A DNA stretch of 64,000 nt from the NCBI GenBank assembly GCA_028534125.1, contig CM052817.1, forward strand, positions 80,044,001 through 80,108,000, read 5' to 3'. This DNA comes from Lama glama. Its lineage: Eukaryota. The position numbers and the translations under genes are program-made. Of the stretch, positions 38,701-51,770 are shown piece by piece. Each line of letters opens with the position of its first letter. Position 1 is the stretch's first letter. The notes beneath the pieces are model-generated. The model did no database searches. It had not been told where the DNA came from and worked only from the letters and a program-made list of their open reading frames with translations.

Positions 38701-41700
38701 GAGAGGGAGGGAGGGAGGAATGAATAGACAGAGTGCAAGGGATATTTAGGGCAATGAAATTATTCTGTATGATACTATAGTGGTGGCTACACATCATTAT
38801 CCATTTTTCAAAACCCATAGAATGTACAACATCAAGAGTGAACCCTAATGTAAACTATAGACTTTGGTTGATAATAATGTGCCCATGTTGGTTCATCGAC
38901 TGTACCAAACATGTCACACTGATGAGGGATGTTGAGGGTAGGGGAGTATATATGTGTGGGTAAGTAGGGCTATGTGTGAACTCCATGTATTTTCTGCTCA
39001 ATTCTGTTGTGAACCTGAAACTGCTCTAAAAGAATAGTCTATTTTTAAAAAAATTTAAGAGGATAGAAATTATTTCAAGCATCTTCTCTGACCACAATGG
39101 TGTGAAACTAGAAATCAACCACAGAACAACAAATGAGAAAAAAATGACAGCGTGGAGACTAAACATTGTGTTAATAAAAAACCAACAGGTCAACGATGAA
39201 ATCAAAGAATTAAAAAACACCTTGAGACAAATGACAATAAAAACAGAACCATACAAAACCTATGGGATGCAGCAAAAGCAGTCCTAAAGGGAAGTTCATA
39301 GTGATACAGGCCCTCCTTAAAAAAGAAAAACAATCTCAAATAAACAACCTAACCTATCACCTAAAAGAATTAGAAAAAGAACAAACAAAACCTAAAGTCA
39401 GCAGAAGGAAAGAAATAATAAAGATCAGTGAGGAAATAAATAGAGATTAAAAAAAAAATAGAAAAAAAATCCATCAAACCAAGAGCTGGTTTTTTGAAAG
39501 CGTAAACAAAACTGACAAACCTCTGGCCAGGCTCACCAAGAAAAAGAGAGCACACAAACAAAATAAGAAATGAAAATGGAGACATTACAAGCAACACCAC
39601 AGAAATACAAAAAATCATAAGAGAATACTATGAACAACTATATGGCAATAAACTGGACAACTTAGAAGAAATGGACAAATTTTTAAAAACATACAGTCCA
39701 CTAAAACTGAATCGAAATGAAACAGATCATTTGAACAGACCAATCACTAGAAGTGAAATAGAATTAGCAATAAAAAACCTCCCTGCAAACAAAAGCCCAG
39801 GATCAGATGGCTTCACTGGGAAATTCTATCAAAATACAAAGAATAGCTCATACCAACCCTTCTCAAACTTTTCCAAAACACTGAAGAGGAGGGAATACTC
39901 CCAAACTCATTCTATGAAGCCACCATCACCCTGATACTGAAACCAAGACATTACCAAAAAAGAAAGCTATAGGCCAATATCATTGATGCACATAGATGCA
40001 AAAATCCTCAACAAAATATTAGCAAACATACAACAACATATAAAAAAAGATCATACACCAAGATCAAGTTGGTTTCATCCCAGGGACACAATGATGGTTC
40101 AACATACACAAATCAATCAACATGATACACTACATCAACAAGAGAAAGGATAAAAATCAAATGATTATCCCAACAGATGCAGAAAAACCATTTAATAAAA
40201 TTCAACACCCATTTGTGATAAAAACTCTTACCAAAGTGGGTACAGAGGGAACATATCTCAACATAATAAAAGCTATTTATTTATAGTAAACTTACAGTCA
40301 GCATAACACTGAATGGTGAAAAACTGAACGCCTTTCTGCTAAAATCTGGAGCAAGGATGCACACTGTCACTACTTCTATTCAACATAGTACTAGAAGTCC
40401 TAGTCAGCATTTAGACAAGAAAAGAAATAAAAGGGATCCAAACTGGAACAGAAGAGGTAAAACTGTCACTATATGTAGATGACATGATACTATATATAGA
40501 AAACCATAAAGGCTCCACACAAAAATTTCTAGAGCTAATATAAAAATTCAGCAAGGTAGCAGGATACAAGATTAACATACAGAAATTAGTGGCATTTCAT
40601 TACACTAACAATGAAATATCAGAAAAGGAAAGTGAAGAAACAATCCCTTTTAAAAGTGTATCCCCTGAAATAAAATACTTAAGAATAAATCTGAACAAGG
40701 AAGTAAAAGACTTATATGTGGAGAACTACAAAACATTGACTAAGCAAATTTAGATTACTTAAAGAAATAGAAAGATATCCTGTGTTCTTGGATTGGAAGA
40801 ATTGATATTTTTAAATGGCCATACTATGCAAAGCAATCTACAGATTTACTGTGATCTCTATCAAATTACCCAGACATTTTCACAGAACTAGAACAAATAA
40901 TCCTAAAATTTATATGGAATCATAAAAGACCCAGAATTGCCAAAGCATTACTGAAGAAAAAGAATGAACCTGGAGGAATAATCCTCCCAGACTTCAAACA
41001 ATACTATAGAGCTACAGTAATAAAAAGAGCATGGTACTGGTACAAAAACAGACATATGGATCAATGGAAAAGAACAGAGAGCCCAGAAATAAACCCACAG
41101 ACTTTTTTGGTCAATTAATCTTTCACAAATGAGCCAAGAACCCGACAGTGGAGTAAAGACAGTCTATTCAGCAAATGATGTTGGGAAACCTGAACAGTTG
41201 CATGTAAATCAATGAAGTTAGAATACTCCTTCACACCATACACAAAAATAAACTCAAAATGGCTTAAAGACATAAACATAAGACAAGACACTATATACCT
41301 CTTAGAAGAAAACACAGGCAAAACATTATCCAACATAAATCTCAACAATGTTCTCCCAGGGCAATCTGTACAAGCAATAGAAATAAAAACAAAAATAAAC
41401 AAGTGGAATCTAATTATAAGCTTTTGCACAGCAAAGGAATTCAGAAGCAAAACAAAAAGACAACCTATGGAATACGGGAAAATATTTGTAAAGAAGAGAG
41501 TGACAAGGGCTTAATTTCCAGAATATATAAACAGCTTATACAACTTAATAACCAAAACAAACAACCCAATCCAAAAATGGGCAGAAGACCTAAATAAGCA
41601 ATTCTCTGATGAAGACATACAAATGGCCAATGGGCACATGAAAAAATGCTCAATATTGCTAATTATCAGAGAAATGTAAATCAAAATTACAATAAGGTAT

Positions 41701-42566
41701 CATCTCACACCAGTAAGAATATCCATCATTCAAAAGCCCACGAACAATAAAAAATGCTGGAGAGGGTGTGGAGAAAAGGGAACCCTCCCACGCTGTTGGT
41801 AGAAATGTAGTTTGGTGCAGCCATTATGGAAAACAATGGAGATTCCTCAAAAAACTAAAAACAGACTTACCATATGACCCAGCAATCCCACTTCTGGACA
41901 TATATCCAAGGGATCCTGAATTCAAAAGGTACATGCACCAAAATGTTCATGGCAGCACTATATACAATAGCCAAGACATGGAAACAACCTAAATGTCCAT
42001 GTAAGGCAGGGTTTTGAATATGTAGCCTTTCTGAGTTTATTATCCATTTTCATCTTTAAGCTGTGGTATATACATGGAATATACACATGGAATACTACTC
42101 AGCCATAAGAAATAAAATAATGCCATTTGCAGCAACATGGATGGACCTGGAGAATGTCATTCTAAGTGAAGTAAGCCAGAAAGAGAAAGAAAAATACCAT
42201 ATAGCACTTATATGTGGAATCTAAAAAAAAAAAAAACAAAAAAAAAACAACCACCTTATCTACAAAACAGAAACAGAGTCACAGAAATTGAAAACAAACT
42301 TATGGTTACCAACGGGGCAAGCAGGTGGGAAGGATAAATTGGGAGTTTGAGATTTGCAGATATTAATATACATAAAATAGATAAACAAGTTTATACTGTA
42401 TAGCACAGGGAACTATATTCAGTATCTTGTAGTAACTTATGGTGAAAAAGAGTATGAAAACAAATATATGTATGTTCCTCTATGACTGAAGCATTGTGCT
42501 GTACACCAGAAACTGACACAATGTTGTAAACTGACTATACTTTAATAAAAGTATATTTAAAAAAGT
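32715..42566 (+). mobile_element. Full-length decayed L1 (5' UTR, ORF1 about 34210-34985, ORF2 from about 35400, 3' UTR), interrupted at 36035-39050
   Basis: Starts GAGTCAGAGCCAAGATGGC; GC-rich 5' UTR; ORF1 and endonuclease motifs (YTFFSSAHGTFSRIDHIL); ORF2 resumes at 39068 at the point where it broke; AATAAA and A-tail at 42544-42564. Confidence 0.92.
36035..39050 (+). mobile_element. Nested composite L1-derived insertion (5' UTR + ORF1, inverted ORF2/3' pieces, tail, old L1 fragment)
   Basis: Perfect 17-bp TSD AAATTTAAGAGGATAGA at 36018-36034 and 39051-39067; CAAGATGG 5' end; ORF1 fragments 36964-37830 (QEAQRVPHRINPKKNTPRHIVIK). Confidence 0.88.
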
Positions 42567-44899
42567 TTTAAAGGTGATTTGCTATTTTCACACTAATCCT
42601 TTATAACTGTTCACTGCTTTTTCATGTACCTTTTGATCTTTTCTTCAGGTCTCCTTGGAACATACTATATAAAACCCAATCAGAATCTATATCTTAGTCT
42701 TACACCCCGGAGGTTTGTCAATTCATTGAATTAAAACCTAGTTTGGTATCAAACTTCTTTCTACCTTTTTTAAGATTTATTACTTGGCTAGTGATTTACT
42801 CTAATCTTTCCAGTATATTATTTCATAAGGGAAAAAATCACTCAGCAAGGGGTAAGGTGGGGTTTTGAATATGTAGCCTTTTTGAGTTTATCTGTTTTCA
42901 TCTTTGTTCTCCCTTCCAATAAAGGAAGACAAAGTATCTCATGATCCTTTCCCCTTAATCTTAAAAAAAAAAAAATTTCTTCTGAAAGAAATAGTTTGCT
43001 CAAACATTCTGAGGCCTCGTTGCTTTTTGGGTGCTACTCAACATTCATATATGACCTTTCCCTGCTTTGAGTTAGTCAGGTCATCTAGTTCCTGAAGCAT
43101 ATCTGATTTTAAACCATATTTAGATTAATTCCATCATATTGTGGAATTGTGAATGTGACGATGAATTTTTCCTATATGTTTATCAATTACAAATCTGATG
43201 TTCATGTGTGTGTTTGTCGGGGTAAATGGAAAATAGAAGACACTGGGGATGATACGATGTACGGTGGCCCCATCAGTGGAACCTTTCCTTCCTTGGTGTT
43301 AGGAATTGCTAGTCCAAGAAGTAGGCATTCTGGATATCAACAAAGGGTACTATTTTAACGCATTTTTCATACTAACATAGTGTAAGGTATTTTCTGTTAA
43401 AGCAATTTCAAGTTTAGTAGCACTGCTTCTTTTAAAACTTGTCCTGAAGATAAACTCGTTTATTTTAGCATTTCTAGAATGGGGAAATAGGAATGATTCA
43501 TTTTCGAATTCTTTTTCTCACTATTTTCCCAATACCACAGATACCTTGTTTTCCTAATGATAAGCGTCAGGATCTTCCCTGGGTATGGCTGCAGAAATCC
43601 TACCTAGGAATTTGTGCAAACAGAACCCCTCAAAGAATACTAATTTCTTTCAAATTCAAAATTATCTTAAGAAACTAGAACAAGGTTACTGACTTGCCAA
43701 CCTCTTCCTTTGGCTCTCTCATATTTTTGAACTTCTCATTCTTCCTTTACTCCAACTTGGTTAGAGGCCAGGGATTTCATTCTTTTATTTTCACTGTTCT
43801 AGTCTTTAACGCTTCTACTCTCACTTTTCAGAATTCAGAGCCACTGTATTTAGATAACTCTAATTAGCTATATTATCACTGTTACCAGAGATAGAAGCTA
43901 CCACAGAGGTGTCTTAATAAGTTTGTTTATTCAATAAAAATTTATTGAGTGCCATGTGCAGGCATACAGAAATTAATGCATAATATAGTAAGGCCAGTCT
44001 CTTTCTCCTTGCACCACTGTATTTTTCTTAATAACATTTACCACCACTTATATATTACTTATTCATTTGTTATTTGTATCTTACCTATTTAAATAGAAGC
44101 TCCAGATGTAGAAACTACTCTGTTCACTATAATGTTTACCTAGTACTTAAAAGAGAAGCTGTAACAGTGTACAGGAACTCAGTAATGTTTAGCAAGTGAA
44201 TGAATAGGTCCCTCCCATTAACTCATCTGTTTAGTACCCAGTTTACAAGGTCAAGCCACTGTTAGGTCTTTCATTTCTCAAAATCATGGGGCAGAGACAA
44301 AGGAATGGACTGACTATATGTGTCAGAAAGGGTAAAGGATATGTTTAAAGTATTATTTTAGTTTTGAGTTTATGCATTTGTTCATGGTGAGGGTTAAACT
44401 CTCATCTACAAAAAATGCTTGACACTAATGCCTGGGAAGAGTGAATCACTTTAAGGAGAAAAACTGGCTCAGATGTCTGAAAGTAATGCTAATTAGCTAT
44501 TTACAGTTAATAGCTATCACTTATGCTTAAATTCCACCTAACACCAATATTTACAGAAATTAAATATGATTTACTGTCTCACTTTATATTTTTTATTACA
44601 ACATTGAGCTACACACTAATACTCAGCTTTCATATTTTACTGCTCCTTTAGATAGATCTCTATAACTTAAAAGAATCAAAACCCTAAGTAGGAATATCAT
44701 TTCTGTTTAATCCATAAGGAAATCAAAGTCTTAAATAATTTGTATCTGGTCTCTAACTTCTGCCAATCTCAACTACCTAGATGCACAGGGGGACCATGAT
44801 TAGATTCTGAAAAGCAGTACTTTCTCATTCTTAAAGAACCAATCACTGGCAAGTTCGAAAATCAGCAAATGGAGCATCTGTATGCCCAATGTTTTACTT

Positions 44900-45055
44900 T
44901 GGTGGTTCTCAAACTTAACTGTGCACTTGAATCACATGGAGGGCTTGTTAACATACAAACTGTTGAGCAGCATCCCCAGAATGTCTGCTTCATCAGGCCT
45001 CGGGGCAGGAAAGAGATGTGAGAATGTGTGGTTTCTATTAAGTTGATGCTGTTAC
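44900..45055. mobile_element. MER5-like hAT-Charlie DNA transposon relic
   Basis: GTGGTTCTCAAACTTAACTGTGCACTTGAATCACATGGAGGGCTTGTTAA. Confidence 0.6.
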
Positions 45056-46139
45056 TGTCACTTAGCTCCAAACTTGCCCTTGATGCTCTGCCTAGTGATA
45101 CTGGAGCTGGGGCCCTGATAACCAATTCCTGCTCTGCCAGCTGACACTTTTTTAGGCTCCACCAACATGCAAGGCTGGAAGAGGAAGAAGGGACCAGTTC
45201 CTTCCTGTCTGCTTCCTGTGGGCTTTCTATGTGCTTTGCGGTTCCTATATGGCCTCAGCATGCTGCTTCATTCTGGCAGCAGCAGTTCCTTCCCATCACA
45301 ACAGCTCCAATCCAGTTTGCAGTTTTCTAGCATTTCCAACATAAACTTCGTTGTGCCCCTTCGCAGAGACATCAACAGCAGCTGAACAGCATTCCTTATT
45401 AGAGATCTGGTTAGCTATGTGCAGTCACAAATGAAGGGATGCACAACCTACCAGAATGGTATATACTGCCTTAAACTGAAGACATTTGAGATACAGCAAG
45501 ATGCAGAAAGAAGACTTTTCTGAGATTCCTTTTACCTGATTAAAGGCAGAGCTTTCTAACAACAAAGCTGCCAAAAATCCCTTCTTGGGGAGCTTCCAGC
45601 CAGGAAGGAAACTAACCTTCAGCATCTGGTGAGAAACTGCATACACATACTTTGTCAGAAGCTGCTACATGTATAACTACACTTTATCCCTTCATTTAAT
45701 CATCTACCTTTTCTCCATAATACTTTTTTCTCCATACATTTTTTGTTCTAGCCTCTCTTTTTTAGGCCACTAAATATGTTCTGCTTAGCATCACTGCTGG
45801 CACCAGAATTGAACAAAATTGTTAACTTCAGCAACAGACAGTGGCATCTGTACTACATATTAAAAAAAGCAGAAGAACTACCTCCCTAAAAACAAACCCC
45901 ATTCAAGTGTTTTGTATCCTATGCAGTGCACATACAGGCATTGCCACACAACTACTGACTCCTTCAAATCCAAGTTTTAATTCATTTAATGTTCTCTTTG
46001 CTTTAAGTTTAGTGAAAAGATTCCTCTCTAGGCTTAAATTTTGATTCTGCCAATATCTAGTTTCGTAATGCTGAATAAGTTATTGGAACCCCTTTAAATC
46101 AAAGTCCTGAAAAGTGGAGATAATAATGAAAATGATTAT

Positions 46140-46365
46140 GTATTTTATGTATATTAGTCTCTGCAAATTTCGAATTCCCAATTTATCCCTTCCTACCTCT
46201 TTCCCCTCTTGGATATTCAATATCTTATAGTAACCTCTGGTGTAAAAGAATATGAAAATGAATATACGTACGCTCATGTATGACTGAAGCATTATGCTAT
46301 ACACCAGAAATTGACATAGCATTGTATATTGACTGTATTTCAATAAAAAACATATATACAAAAAT
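46140..46365 (+). mobile_element. Short L1 3' insertion with 5' inversion
   Basis: 46141-46210 is the reverse complement of an L1 3' UTR segment; 46213-46364 is the forward terminal segment; ATGATTAT flanks both sides. Confidence 0.8.
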
Positions 46366-47962
46366 ATGATTATTAAATGAGAACATTTTTGCGTATGTCA
46401 CCAGAATTATCATTATTTGTCTGATTTTATTTCTATTAAATGGCAGAATATGATGGAATTAAAATAATTTTCTTAGACTGAAAACCTCATCAACCAGGAT
46501 CAGAAATGTGTTCTGTAACAGAAGAACAAGTGACTGGGGAATGATCAAATGTTAGCAAATGTTTGGCTGTACATTTTTAGGAGGCTAGAGCAGAGCTGGT
46601 GCTACTACTTTACTTGGGTTTTTAATCCTCTTCAGATATGGCTGTAGGTTCCAAGAGTCACCAAATAAACCATTTAGTAAGCCATCTAGGGTTAATTACT
46701 CAAAAGTTCCCCCAGCTTAAAGTATGACCTTCAACTGACCCTAAAGTTTAGGGAGGATGGAAGACTCTCCATTCACACCTTTGTAAGTAAATGTTACAGG
46801 ATGATGAATGGTGGAAACAATGCCACTGTGGATATAGGTCTTTTGGAGTTTTTATTTAGTCATTAAGTCTTGGGTCTCCCTTTGTTTCCTGACCATGCTG
46901 GAAAACACTAACAAATGTTCCAGAAAACACTAGCAATTATTTCTTTGAAACTAAGATGAACAAAATTAGAGAAGCATTGAATGCAATCATGATTAACTGA
47001 GAATCATGACAGTTTTCAGTCACTTACGGTGTTTAGGCGAATTAAGCGTACGTAGCTTTGACTATTGCCCTCTTTTAAAAATATAGCTCAGCTCCATTCT
47101 TTCCTTTTCGATTGCTATAATACAGATTGTTCTGGAAGTTTGATTTCTGCAAACTGAACCTCTTAAATCATTTGACTTGGCAGGTTTTATAAAGGAAAAA
47201 CAAAACAAACCCAAACACATCACTCTGTCTACGTTTGAAGTTAAGACAGGTCAGCCTAACCCTAACTGCCAGGGAAGAGCCTTCTGTTCTTTTATTCAGA
47301 TGACAACCCAATTTTTAACATTATCAGACCTAGGTTTGTTTTCTATGAATTTCCATGTTTTAATTACCCATTTGAGTAACTACATACATTATTTGGTAGA
47401 TCAATCAATCCTGAAAACTACTCCGAGTGGAAGCAATCATGTCTTTCAGTCTGTTAGTCCTTAATGAAATTTTATTTGACAGAGTCATTTCTGAAAAAGC
47501 GCCTCATTTAAAAATCTTACATAAGTTTACCCTTTTCCTTCCAAAATACCACAGAGATTTAAGCCAGATTTTATCTGGTATGGGAGAGTTACAGTACTGT
47601 GGTATTTCATGTGTGATCACCGAATCTAACTCCTTAATTTCATAAATAGAGAAACCTAGGCTCCTGGAGGCTCAGAAATTTGCCCAGAATCATATAATTA
47701 GTTCGTGGCAGGGCCAATCTTACAACCCAGGTCTCCTAATTCAATTTTATATGTACAACTTTCTGTCATTTGAGCCTAGAAAAGACTGAGTTTTGGTGAT
47801 ACTGCTGCATCTTTAAATGCAAGGAAAAGACAGCAAAAGGGATACACTTAAAAGATAATCAAACCTTTTATAATATCTCTTTAGAAGTAACTTTTACATA
47901 CTATAAGATCTTTTTTCCAACCTTAGGAAAAGTTAACCAATTTATGTTACTTGTATATACTT

Positions 47963-47964
<2 letters not shown>

Positions 47965-47996
<32 letters not shown>
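47965..47996. repeat. (GT)16 microsatellite
   Basis: Direct read. Confidence 0.95.
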
Positions 47997-47998
<2 letters not shown>

Positions 47999-48814
47999 TG
48001 TCTGTCCATAATGTTTGGGCATATCATCTGTCTGTCATACTGCAGTTATAATACCCACTTTCAGTCAAAGCCAATTTAATTGAACAAAATCTTAAATAAG
48101 TGTTCTCAGACCTTGGGTACTCAATTATATGCAAGCCCCTTGGCCTAAGGGTAGGGAGATCTGAATGACAGAATAATAAAATAATGATTACAGGAACTTT
48201 TCTTTTGTAGGTTAGAACAGGGTAAGTTAAGGACCATCTGGTGTCCCTCACAATTTCATGGGGTGTAGGGAAATAGCTGTATGTCTTTGAAATCCTTACC
48301 TGATGCTTGGAATTGAATGCAGAGAGAACTGGCGTTTACTACTCATGTGAAATGAGTTATTTTAGGTTTTGGCTGATTTTTTTTTTTTTTGAAAGATTAC
48401 AGACCCTGAAATTAGACTGGCTAGATTAGAATCCTGGTTCCACTACTACATTATCTGCATAGTTTTGGGTAAATTACTTAGCCTCTCCACATGCCTTTCA
48501 CCCTGTCTCCAATTTTTGGATCTAGCAATTGACCCTAAGGTAAAAAGATCCATGCATGATAAGTAACACAGTACAGTCCTATCTGAGTATAATTTCTTAT
48601 TCATTTTGTCTCATTAGTATAATTTACACCTCAATTAAAACACCATTCTATCTGTAAGTAATATATTTCTTTAAAATATTCTATAATTCAGATTTCTATT
48701 TAACAAACTTCCACTCTAACCCCTTTTCTCAAATCAGTGTGATTTTATGGTATATTTTATTAAATTGTTTGCTTTTTCTCCTGTCAGTGAAACTCCCTCT
48801 CAACTCAACCTCTT

Positions 48815-50430
48815 ATAATAAGGCAAATACAGATGTAGTACAATTAACACACTAGAAAAAAGGATAATCAATACATATGGATCCGTGCTAAATGAAACAA
48901 TACAAAGCAAAAACCACACAACACTATACTATGCTCATCAATTCTGAACCACTCAGGAGGGCCCTGAGAGCACCCTGGCTCACATAATCTGATGTTCCCA
49001 GACACCCCTAGTATCCTATACTCCAACATAATTAGCTGTTCTGTTAAAGATGTTTCTATGTTTACTTCTGTTTGTTTAAAATAGTCTACAGCAACTTTGA
49101 CTTCTAATCCTGAACAAGACGATTAAGTAGTAACACACTATTTTTAATCAAGTCAAAGATTTTAACCTAAGTACTTAAAAACAGACATTCAGGGGGCCAA
49201 GCAACATGACTGGTTGGAAACTTCACATGTGTCACTAATTATCCTTTGCTTCAGTGAAAAAGAATTATTTAAGCTGACCAAAGATCATTTAAAAGCCAAG
49301 CAGCAGCAGTCAGCAGGTGAAGAACCCTGTCCACAACCTCCACCTGTAACACACTGTCAATCTCTCCAGGAATAGGATGCTCTGGACCCACCATCGGCAC
49401 AACACATTCTGTCTCTCAACCCAGATGCAACCAGGATTAGGAAGCGGAGTACAGACTAAACTCAAAACCACTTTTGGAACATAGCAGATTTCAATTTGTC
49501 AGTGATTCTATAGTGCAGTACTCTCACAAAGCAGAGGCTTTGCATCGTAACACCTGCTTCTTCCATTTAACATACCAAGTTAAACTGATAAAGTAAAATA
49601 ATGTCAGAAAGAACACAAAAGATAAGCATGTCTTCTCTGAAAAAAAGCATTGCATCTGGAATTATAATAAGGCTAAATAAATAGTGCTGGTTTGTGGTTC
49701 AGACTAATGTGCCAGTGATTACGTTAACCTACAGCTTCACTATCTGTCCTGTTTGCCTGTTTGTCAAGATGTGTCTATCCTCTCCTCCTGGAAGACCAGC
49801 ATTCCCAGGTGCCAGTGAGAGGCCTCATTCATGGCTTTGGACTGGATGCACCTGCAGTACTGCTGGGGGTACTGCTCAACTCATCAGCACAGCGTTTCTT
49901 ATGCCAGAGGGGGAAAAGATCAGGAACTGGAGTTTGAATCACAATCAGGTCACCGTGGTAGTATTTTTGATAAAGATGAACATCTATTCACCCAAGCATT
50001 TGACTTCCATGTCAATTCCACCAATCAGGAAATCTGATAGATACTGATAAGTCATTCCAAAGCCAAAACCTCACCAAAAGCCAGATCCTTTTTGTGAATC
50101 AGGTGCTGCTCCACAGGTGGCAGGCAGCACATCCTTACTGGCATAAATGATGGCAGGGTCATAAAGACTAAACACCACAGGGTAAAAACCCCTTCTTACT
50201 TGGTTCAGCATTTAACTGGCAGCTAGTTGTTAAGGAATTCGGCTGAGAAATATAGGTCAACATCACAGAAAAACATCAAGACCTCTCTCTTGTCCCAAGA
50301 TCGGGCATCCTCATTTTCCGGTTCATCACCTTTGTTATTAATGACCTCCGAGTCAGCTTCAACAACTTCTACCAATTCACCTCGCTTTTCTAACTGGATT
50401 TTCCTTAGGATAAGGCCCATTTTCCAACCA
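48815..50430 (-). pseudogene. CSGALNACT2: Processed pseudogene of chondroitin sulfate N-acetylgalactosaminyltransferase 2 (5'-truncated, internally deleted, with 3' UTR)
   Basis: - strand translations [78 protein letters not shown] and RTDSEAVG* (TAA at 49724-49726) match recalled CSGALNACT2; intronless, with frameshifts and stops; lower boundary uncertain. Confidence 0.9.
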
Positions 50431-51284
50431 CAACTGATCTTTTCAAAATCTATTTCACAATTATAATGGATAAAACTTTTATAAGCTACACTCAATAAAA
50501 CTTTTATAAGTTACATATAGAAAAAGGTCCTGAAAAAGAGAAATGTCATGGCACAATTTAAGTAAGCATTGGAAAGGTTTACGTATTATAAGCCTATTGC
50601 TGAGGTTAGGCAGTTAAATAGGACTCTGCACCTTATTCTAATTATTAGATATTTCTGTAAATAAACATCTTTATCATGTTATCCTTACCAAGAAAAAAGT
50701 AACTTTCTAGGCTTTTTGTTATATTAAAAAAATATAATGCACGTCATTCTGTTGTGTACTGATATAAATATAAATTGATACAAATAAGAAAATAAAGCAT
50801 TAGTATTATACTTTAGGTAATTCTACCCAGCAGAGTTTTTACACTGCTGCACATTATGTGTTTTATACTTTTGTGTATTTTGGGTATTAGGTATGAATGC
50901 AGCTGGAAAAGACAGCTAATGTATTTTTTCTATGAGGAAGGTATTATTATATTGGTTTCAAGAATGAAGAAACTGAGGCTCAGAGACTTAGTCAAGGTAG
51001 AAGTGATGTAGGGATCAGAAGGCAGGTCAGCCTAACTCCCATGTCCATTTTGTTTATACCAACTCTCATTCAACATACTCTTGTCAGATTAATTTGCATG
51101 TTGTTATTAGTTTAATCTTTTCCACATACCTTCTTCATCATGAGTTTGCCATCTCAAATTCTTGCAATAATTACTGTTGCCATGTCATATCTAACCTCCT
51201 CATCCTGCTCTCAGGTCCCTTCATAACTAGGCCCTATTTTTACCACTCAGTCTTGCTTCCCTCTCCACTCATTTCCATCAAATA

Positions 51285-51308
51285 TGTGTGTGTGTGTGTG
51301 TGTGTGTG
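51285..51308. repeat. (TG)12 microsatellite
   Basis: Direct read. Confidence 0.95.
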
Positions 51309-51770
51309 CTTCAATTCAAATACAAAACTTACAGAAGGCTAGGCATAATACTACCTTAGGTACTTGAAAAAATTCTGTTGAAGATAAAGCTTACTTTGAG
51401 TCAGCGACCCTGATTTAACTAAAACTTCGAAAGTTGTAACTATGAGAATGTTTTTACATAGTTTTTCGGAGAAATGCGTGATACTGTTCTAGCTACCATT
51501 ACGAGTGTTAGTTTCAAATTTAAAAACATACACGATGGGGGAAAATATTTGACTCTGTCCACCAATATTTACTGAAGTCTCCAAAAGCATCAAAATAATT
51601 ATTCTCTTTCACTTTTACTTATACTCCTGAGCATGAAAACATCTGATCTCTAATCATGGTACTTCTCTTAAAAATCTTTGTTGCTTCTAGTTGCCTATAC
51701 TTCTTATTTGGGTATATGAGGCTCTTTACATTCTGTTCCCAATCTAGCTTTGAGATCAAATTTTACCACT

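Noticed and set aside
50470..50512. Direct repeat ATAAAACTTTTATAAG next to the pseudogene
   Set aside because: Both copies are on the same side, so it is a small local duplication and not the retrocopy's TSD.
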